Shown piece by piece: positions 57,901-64,000 of a DNA stretch of 64,000 nucleotides (position 1 is the stretch's first letter; each line of letters begins with the position of its first letter). The notes below the pieces were generated by a model that worked only from the letters and a program-made list of their open reading frames with translations, was not told the origin of the DNA and made no database searches. The stretch is from Proteromonas lacertae (lineage: Eukaryota): positions 1 to 64,000 of the forward strand of contig NGBS01000612.1 of assembly GCA_002245135.1 (NCBI GenBank). The letters are read 5' to 3'. Made by a program: the position numbers and the translations under genes.

Positions 57901-60900
57901 TATTGCTAAACATGGAATACCATTCTCATTACAAATACTGTCTAAATAGGAATTAGCTGATGCATAATTAGCTTGACCACCATTACATGTTATTGATGTA
58001 ATTGATGAAAAACATACGAAGAAATCTAATGATTTTACATTAACTATTGACAATAAACTTCTAGCACCTTGAATTTTGGGTACATAAACTGATTTTATAG
58101 CTTCCCAATCCATATTTGCAAGAATAGAATCTTTAACAATACCAGCAGCATGGAAAACACCATTAATAGTTAAATTCTTTTCGTTATTATGTTGTTTAAT
58201 TGAATTAACACAGTTCTTATCTGCAATATCACCTTTTATACATTCAAATTTATATCCATTACTTTCTAAATCACTAACAAATGATTTCATTGATTCTGGT
58301 AAGCCATTTCTACCTAATAATATGAATGTAATATTCTTAGCTAATGAACAACACCATTTAATTAATTCTTGAGCAATTTGGCCATATCCACCTGTTAATA
58401 AATAACAGCCATTATCTTTAACACTTTGTCTTTCCTTTCTTTGATTCTTATTACTTTCTCTTGTTATAACAATCTTACCGATGTGTTTACCTGAAGCCAT
58501 AACTCTGAATGCATCTTTAGCATGATTGAAACAATATGGAACAACGGGTAATGGAGCATAAGTATCATTTCCAACATTATTAGCTATTGAATTTAATAAA
58601 GAATTACCTAAATTATGATCATTTTCAAACACATCTAATAAATCAAAGTGATAATATTTCACACCTGGTTTATTCTTATTTACATCTTCTTCTGTCCAAA
58701 TTCCAGTTTTACCAATTTCAACAAATGTACCAGTATTCTTAATAATAGAGAATGATTTGGGTATGAAATCTTTTGCTAATGAGTTTAATACAAAATCAAC
58801 ACCTTCTGGAGCAATTTTTGGTATTTCATCTGCAAATGATAATGTTCTTGAATCATATATATGATTTACACCTATTGATTGTAAGAATGAATGTTTTCCA
58901 ACACTTGCAGTACCAAATATCTCACATCCAAGTGATTTAGCAATTTGTACAGCACAGAATCCAACACCACCTGCAGCAGCATGAATTAATACTTTATCAC
59001 CTGCTTTACAATGACCTAAATTCACTAATGAATAATAAGCAGTAGCATAAACAACAGGTAAAGCAGCACCATCAATACATTTAACACTTTCAGGTATAAC
59101 AGCTACTGAATAAACTGGAACACAAACATATCTTGAGAATGAATATTTACCAATGCCAAATACTTTATCACCAATATGAACATTTTGTACATTTGAACCT
59201 GTATTTACTACATAACCGCTGAATTCTAAACCAAGTGGACCAGCATCACCAGGATATGTTCCTAATACGTTTAATACATCTCTAAAGTTCAAACCAGAAG
59301 CGAATACTTCTACTTCAATTTCATCAGGTTGTGGCAGTTTTCTATCAACAACTTCTGTAATAATATTCTCAAATGTTCCTTTATTAATTACATTCAATCG
59401 ATCATTAACTGTTGATTCTTCTTGTAATGGTAAAGATTTAATCACTGGTACAAATCTTGAACCATAATGAAGTGCGACTTCTGAATCATCATTAGAATTA
59501 CATAATTCATTGAATAACCACTGTGATTCTAATTGATAACTCATTGGAGAACTACCACCATTAATATCAATTAATGTACATTTCATTGAAGAATATTCGG
59601 TTTTAATACATCTACCAAAACCCCATAATGTTGATTCATTGGAATTAATTGATAATTCATATCCAATTTGTTGTGTTTTTCTTGTAACAATTGCTAATCT
59701 TCCTTTGAAATTATTGGATATTGTTTGTACAATGGTTAATAATGATCCTGTACCATTGATATTTTGTATTTCTAAATCATTATCATTTTCATTAATATCT
59801 AAAGGCCAGGCATAAACAATCAAAGAGTTTGGCTTGACTACTTCTCTTGTTATATCTTCTAATTGTTTTTTATCATTTCCAACAACTTTAGAATTTGGTA
59901 TTTTATCATCATGAGATATGATTATTACTTCAGTTGAATTCTTTTGATATGATTTTACTAATTCTTCAGTAACACCAGCATGATCAGCATATATAACTAC
60001 ATTAGGATATATTGTCATTGTATTTGATTCACTTTGTTTTTCTACCCATTGTAATGTATTTAACAATGAAGAAGTAATTGATGATGATGATGATGTAATT
60101 CCTAATAACTTATGAAATATTTCAGTATTTATAACAGAGTACTTTATTTCATTAATATATAATATCAATTCATTCTTTTCATTATATAAAGTAATACTTG
60201 ATGTTAAACCTTCATTTGATGATAATTTCTTACAATAACACCACAATCCATTCAATTCAACATTTGAATTATACACAACATTATTAACAGATACTGGAAC
60301 ATAGCATTGATTGGATTTTAACAATAGAATAGGTAATTGAATACAAGCATCAAGTACTGATGGATTCAATGATAAATAATTATCACTATTACCATTACTC
60401 TTATTATCAATATCAGCAACAATTGTATTTTCACCACATAATGCTTTCATCACTTTCTGATATTCATTTCCATATTGATAACCATTTTCTACAAAGAATT
60501 GATATATTTCTGATTGTGAATATACAATTTGTTGACATTGATTTACTGCTTCTTCTTTAGATGATATTGTTGAAATATTAATATCATTATTAGTATAAAC
60601 ACCTTTACAATTCTTTGACCATACTTGATTGTTGATATTATTAGATATTTCAAAGTTCTTATCTTGAGATAATTCTAATTGTAAAGACCAAGGTTTTACA
60701 TTTTCAAGTGATGGAATTGGTAAAGCAGATTGTATTTCCATTGATTCTAATTTTGACACATCTGATTTTGATGTTAATTTATCACATTCTAAAGCTAATG
60801 AAATGAAATAAGCAGCTGGAACAATTGTAACATCATCAATCTGATGATCAGTTATGTAATTGTAAATACTATTACTTTCAATTGAATATATTGTTCCTTG

Positions 60901-63900
60901 GAATAGTGATGACGATATTTGTTTAATTCCTTGTGTTTGATAAGTTGTATGACTATATCTATTTGATGTAAACCAACATGATTGTGACTGATATGGATAA
61001 CTTGGAATATGAACTAATGCTAAATGTGAAGCAGTTGTAAACAGATTTCCAATTGATTGAAATATTATGTAAATATAATGTAGAAATAGATTGTGAAATT
61101 GAGTATAAATTGGATTTGTTATTGGATAATGATGGTACATAGATAATTGATGGATCATTTAAGATATATTTACTCATTCCTATTAATACTGCATTTGGAC
61201 CACATTCTAAATAAATCTTATTAGAATATAATTTATCACTACATTCTATTGATTGAGTAAATTGAACTGGATTTCGCAAGTGTTCGACCCAGTAATCAGC
61301 GTTACTCATCTCATTTTCTTTTATTAAACTTCCACTTACATTACTGATTATATCTTTTACTGCTTTTCCATATTTAATCTCATTTGCCACTTTTCGAAAT
61401 TCTTCTAAGATTGGATTCATCATTGAACTGTGGAAACCATGACTTACTTCTAATCGCTTATATCCAACCCATCACTCTTTAGTTCATTCTCAAGTTTTTC
61501 AATCTCACTTATTAAACCACTTACTACATTCAGTTTTGGACCATTATAACATCCTATCTCTATACCATTATATTTATTTATATATTCTAACACTTTTTCA
61601 CTTTCCATAAATACACATAACATTCCTCCTTTTCCATGTTCTAAACTACTCATCAATTTACCTCGAACACTTATCAACTTCAATCCATCTTCTAAACTCA
61701 TTATTCCACTTACTACTCCAGCTACATATTCACCTATACTATGACCTAATACACATGAAGCTTCGATTCCAAAACTTGACCACATCTTATATAAACTATA
61801 TTCCATACTGAATAAACAGGGTTGAGTGTATTTTGTATCATTCACCAATTCTTTATTTTCTTCATTATATAATACTTCTAATAGATTTGGAGATAAATAT
61901 GAGGATAATATTCTATTACATTCATCCATATTTTCTTTGAATATCGGTTGAGATTCATATAATTCTTTACCCATATTGAAATATTGAGATCCTTGACCTG
62001 TAAACATTACTACAATTTCATATCTTTTTAAATCATCACTACTTTGAACATCACACTTTTTATTGCTAATATAAGCTTTCAAATTATTAACTAATTCATT
62101 GACATCATTGTTACATGGAACAGCAATCTTATTTTGATAATTTGATCTTAATCTATTGCTTGTTTGAGCAATTTCAGAAACAGAAACTTCTGGGACATTC
62201 TCAATAAATTGATTCACCATATCATTTAAGGAATTTTGTGAATGAGCTGATAATGTAAATACCATAGGAGTATTTTTACTTTCATCTTCAATTGACTTTG
62301 GAATATTTGTCTTTGGAGGTTCTTCTAAAATAAGATGTGCATTTGTTCCACTAAAACCAAATGAACTAATAGCTGCTCTTTTAACTTCATTATACTTTGG
62401 CCAAGGTACTAATTTAGAATTAACTACAGCTGGAATTGAATCAAGATGAATCAATGGATTGCATTGATGATAATTCAAATGAGGAGGAATTTCATTATAT
62501 TTCATTGCTAATAATACTTTCAATACACCTGCAATACCAGCAGCAGCTTCTAAATGTCCAATATTCGTTTTGACTGAACCAATATAGAGTGGTTGATCCT
62601 TTCTATTTTCATTATAAATATGACTTAAAGCTTCTACTTCTATTGGATCTCCTAATTTTGTACCAGTACCATGAGCTTCTACATATGCTATTGAAGATGA
62701 ATCAATATTTGCATTTTGAAGAGCAGATCTAATAACACTCTCCTGCATTGGACCATTTGGAGCAGTTAAACCACTACTTCGACCATCTTGATTTACCGCA
62801 CTTCCACGAATTATTCCCAATATATTATCATTATCTTTCATTGCATCACTTAATCTCTTTAATACAATTATACCACATCCTTCACCTCTTACATAACCAT
62901 TAGCAGAAGCATCAAATGTTTTACATTTTCCATCAGGAGATAACATTCCTGCTTGTGAAAAGTTGATAGTCATATCTGGAGCTAACATAAGATTAACACC
63001 ACCAGCTAAAGCAGCTTCACATTCACCAGATAACAAGCTTTGACAAGCCATATGAATACTTACTAATGATGATGAACAAGCAGTATCAACAGAAATAGAT
63101 GGACCAGTTAAGCCATAAGCATATGATAATCTACCACTTGCAACACAAGCAGAATTACCAGTTCCAAAATGAGAGGTAATATTATTCAAACCAGCTTCAC
63201 GAGTTTGTAAGATTTGATAATCATGAGTGAAAATACCAATAAATACACCATATTTACTACCATTTAATGAGAATGGTTGATAACCTGCATTTTCTAATGC
63301 TTCATAAGAAACTTCTAATAATAATCTATGTTGAGGATCCATAATATTTGCTTCTTTCTTTGATATACCAAATAATGAATAATCAAATTCATCTACTTTT
63401 TCATTCAGAAAACCACCCCATTTTGTATTCATTTTACCATTACCACCATTTTCATCGTAATATTCATTAGAATCCCATCTTGATAATGGTACTTCCGTTA
63501 TACAGTCTTCACCATTCTTTAATACATTCCAGAAATCTTCTAATGATTTTACATTTCCTGGGAAATGACAACCAGCTCCAATTATAGCAATTGGTTCATT
63601 TCTATTAATAGATTTACTATGAGAAATTTGTTTTGGGATTGATTCTGGTTTGACTATATATTGTTCTAATGTATTCTTCCATAAATAATTACTGACAGCT
63701 TCAATTGTTCCATAATCAAATAAGAATGATGATGATAATTCTAATCCAAATTTCTCAGAGAATATCGCAGTTAATTCTTGACTTAATAAACTATCAACTC
63801 CTAAATCTCTAAATCCAACACTTTGTATATTACCATTCTTCTTTTCTTTACCAACAATTGATAAGAATAATTCTTCCACTTTATCACAAATATATGGAAT

Positions 63901-64000
63901 TCTATTGTTGGAAGAAATTGATTTGATTTTTTCGTATAATTCCATTAACCATGTTGATTTAATATTCATTTCTTCTTCTTTTTCTTCTTCTTCTCTAGAT
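9936..64000 (-). CDS. Giant modular type I polyketide synthase, 5'-truncated by the window: ACP-[KS-AT-DH-ER-KR-ACP]-[KS-AT-DH-KR-ACP]-[KS-AT-KR-ACP]-[KS-AT-DH-ER-KR0-ACP]-[KS-AT0-DH-KR-ACP]-[KS-AT*-KR-ACP]-[KS-AT-DH-ER-KR-ACP]-[KS-AT-DH-KR-ACP]-[KS-AT-DH-ER-KR-ACP]-TE-TM; interrupted as assembled
   Basis: Minus-strand ORFs 61450-63969, 60959-61423, 55333-61158, 52667-55150, 43203-50372, 42899-43243, 28720-42882 and 9936-28553 abut, and every break falls inside a module. All nine KS carry DTACSS / HGTGT / GHLE; ten ACP G(L/M/V/F)DS motifs. The frame is open to the window edge (SREEEEKEEE-MNIK). The natural stop is TAA at 9936-9938. Confidence 0.9.
9948..9995 (-). other. C-terminal hydrophobic helix (putative tail anchor)
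   Basis: VLMLTTILSLLLAIYF followed by GNK-stop, after a Ser-rich polar linker. Confidence 0.7.
10130..10885 (-). other. Terminal thioesterase domain
   Basis: MFFVQGAG, nucleophile motif GGWSFGG, LILLD, C-terminal His in SNHWNLL. Confidence 0.88.
14975..15630. repeat. Near-identical AT-core repeat (about 0.5-0.75 kb); other copies at about 20400-21030, 31650-32175 (mosaic), 42845-43610, 47300-48035, 54980-55640 and 61265-62005
   Basis: Shared DNA strings such as CATTCTCAAGTTTTTCAATCTCACTTATTAAACCACTTACTACATTCAG and TTCCATACTGAATAAACAGGGTTGAGTGTATTTTGTATCATTCA recur in seven AT domains. Confidence 0.93.
15919..16718. repeat. Near-identical ~800-bp duplicate of about 32481-33279 (KS9 / KS6 C-terminal half)
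   Basis: Shared peptide FKGPAFTVDTACSSALLAVH...SNVHMVVENY with nearly identical codons. Confidence 0.9.
17265..22632 (-). other. PKS module 8: KS-AT-DH-KR-ACP
   Basis: DTACSSS, GHSIG / VSHGFHS, DH HVINDLCIVP / YFDCCIQ, KR core matching module 5, ACP GLDSLM. Confidence 0.92.
17783..18342. repeat. Near-perfect ~560-bp duplicate of 34362-34921 (KR8 = KR5 core)
   Basis: Direct reading shows identical sequence apart from at least one synonymous change (CCAGCACAA vs CCGGCACAA). Confidence 0.92.
22770..29103 (-). other. PKS module 7: KS-AT-DH-ER-KR-ACP
   Basis: KS spans a frameshift in a T-run near 28771 (SSLK-GTNAGVFVG). AT GHSIG / VSHAFHS; DH HVLHHVVVVPG / IDSCFQ; ER LIHAAAGGVG; KR TGGFGGIG / GQLNYAAAN; ACP GLDSLM. 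Confidence 0.92.
29250..33771 (-). other. PKS module 6: KS-AT(aberrant)-KR(A-type)-ACP
   Basis: AT motifs FAGYGSQ, GFSIG, VDLAYYS. No DH. KR TGGFGGVA, VWGSNQLAHYSAAN; ACP GFDSLM. Confidence 0.88.
33830..38832 (-). other. PKS module 5: KS-AT(degenerate)-DH-KR-ACP
   Basis: AT relic is shortened and has AVGVAEI where GHSIGEY should be. DH HVINGFTIVP / YFDCCIQ; KR TGGYGGLG, AGIIND, GQSNYACGN; ACP GVDSVL. Confidence 0.88.
38915..45205 (-). other. PKS module 4: KS-AT-DH-ER-KR(degenerate)-ACP
   Basis: DH HILHHTCVVPG / IDSCFQ; ER GLNFRD / LIHSISGGVG; the KR position reads TYIVIGEYNKT with no YAAAN; ACP GMDSLM. Single-base insertions near 43222 and 42904. Confidence 0.88.
45270..49620 (-). other. 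PKS module 3: KS-AT-KR(A-type)-ACP
   Basis: No DH or ER motif between AT and KR. KR TGGLGGIG, HCAGVLYL (no LDD), VWGSTSMSPYSAAN (Trp fingerprint). ACP GMDSIT. Confidence 0.9.
50366..50388 (+). repeat. Left terminal inverted repeat
   Basis: CAGTCAAACCTGTATTATTCGAA, preceded by TA. Confidence 0.93.
50970..52542 (+). CDS. pogo/Tigger/CENP-B-family transposase (HTH-psq-like + CENP-B HTH + DD33D), probably 2 exons, about 513 aa
   Basis: Exon 1 HTH (EICQKYSVKQSTISTWLINK). Exon 2 RERKSKYPELERKLLNW, LHGEA, catalytic FNMDESGL, LVMDNCASH and LPPNCTSRYQPLDMGII, with 33 residues between the 2nd and 3rd Asp. Basic C-terminus. Confidence 0.9.
51151..51181 (+). other. Putative 31-nt intron in the transposase gene
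   Basis: GTAATAATTATCATTAAGTTGTTATAAATAG. By ORF-track coordinates (frames starting 50970 and 51244) a length of 1 mod 3 is needed, and 31 fits. The acceptor is not certain: the printed line at 51181 seems to hold one extra base. Confidence 0.6.
52737..52759 (-). repeat. Right terminal inverted repeat
   Basis: TTTGAGTTATACAGGTTTGACTG, followed by TA. Confidence 0.93.
57400..63598 (-). other. PKS module 1 (in-window numbering): KS-AT-DH-ER-KR-ACP
   Basis: EPIAIIG, DTACSSS, FTGQGSQ, GHSIG, VSHGFHS, DH HQIDDVTIVP / LDACIQ, ER GLNFRD / LIHAAAGGVG, KR TGGYGQI / GQANYASAN, ACP GLDSLM. Frameshifts near 61468 and 61030. Confidence 0.9.
63675..63880 (-). other. ACP domain of the upstream (off-window) module or loading unit
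   Basis: GFRDLGVDSLLSQEL...LSSSFLFDYGTIEAV. Confidence 0.85.

Noticed and set aside
9943..60560. Dozens of short plus-strand ORFs (60-190 aa), some recurring with near-identical His/Leu-rich translations
   Set aside because: Antisense shadows of the PKS. They recur only because the underlying KS and AT DNA is repeated.
28770..61470. Programmed ribosomal frameshifting or stop read-through linking the PKS ORFs
   Set aside because: No consistent slippery sequence or structure, and equivalent positions in sister repeat copies are intact.
14975..62005. Dispersed ~0.6-kb repeats as mobile elements or a CRISPR-like array
   Set aside because: They are in-frame coding AT cores with no TIRs, target duplications or spacer periodicity.
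9936..63969. Reading the minus-strand ORFs as a bacterial-type operon of separate PKS genes
   Set aside because: Breaks fall within modules (mostly mid-domain), with no spacers, ribosome-binding sites or docking ends, and each is repaired by a small sequence change or by removing the transposon.
1..64000. tRNA, rRNA, NRPS or methyltransferase domains, tailoring enzymes, PPTase
   Set aside because: No supporting motifs seen by eye, and nearly all sequence is accounted for by the two genes and the transposon.

Overview
AT-rich eukaryotic (protist-like) DNA that uses the standard genetic code and appears to have very short (31-33 nt) introns. It holds two giant, convergently transcribed genes whose stop codons are about 200 bp apart. 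(1) Plus strand, 1-9732: a class C GPCR-like gene with several tandem periplasmic-binding (Venus-flytrap, UrtA/AmiC-like) domains before a 7TM region. The last 1952 codons are open; the 5' part is broken by frameshifts and stops. (2) Minus strand, 9936 to beyond 64000: an apparently single, intron-less, modular cis-AT type I polyketide synthase. It has an upstream ACP, 9 extension modules, a thioesterase and a C-terminal hydrophobic tail, about 17,200 codons in-window, and runs off the window edge. The ORF track shows it in pieces because of seven point lesions, most inside near-identical AT repeats and probably assembly artefacts, plus a 2,394-bp pogo/Tigger-like DNA transposon (TA target duplication, TIRs, DD33D transposase) inserted in the module 2 KR. 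The modules follow a three-module reductive period, include a dead KR and two aberrant ATs, and show strong internal sequence homogenisation. Domain boundaries were read by eye and are approximate. No database searches were run.
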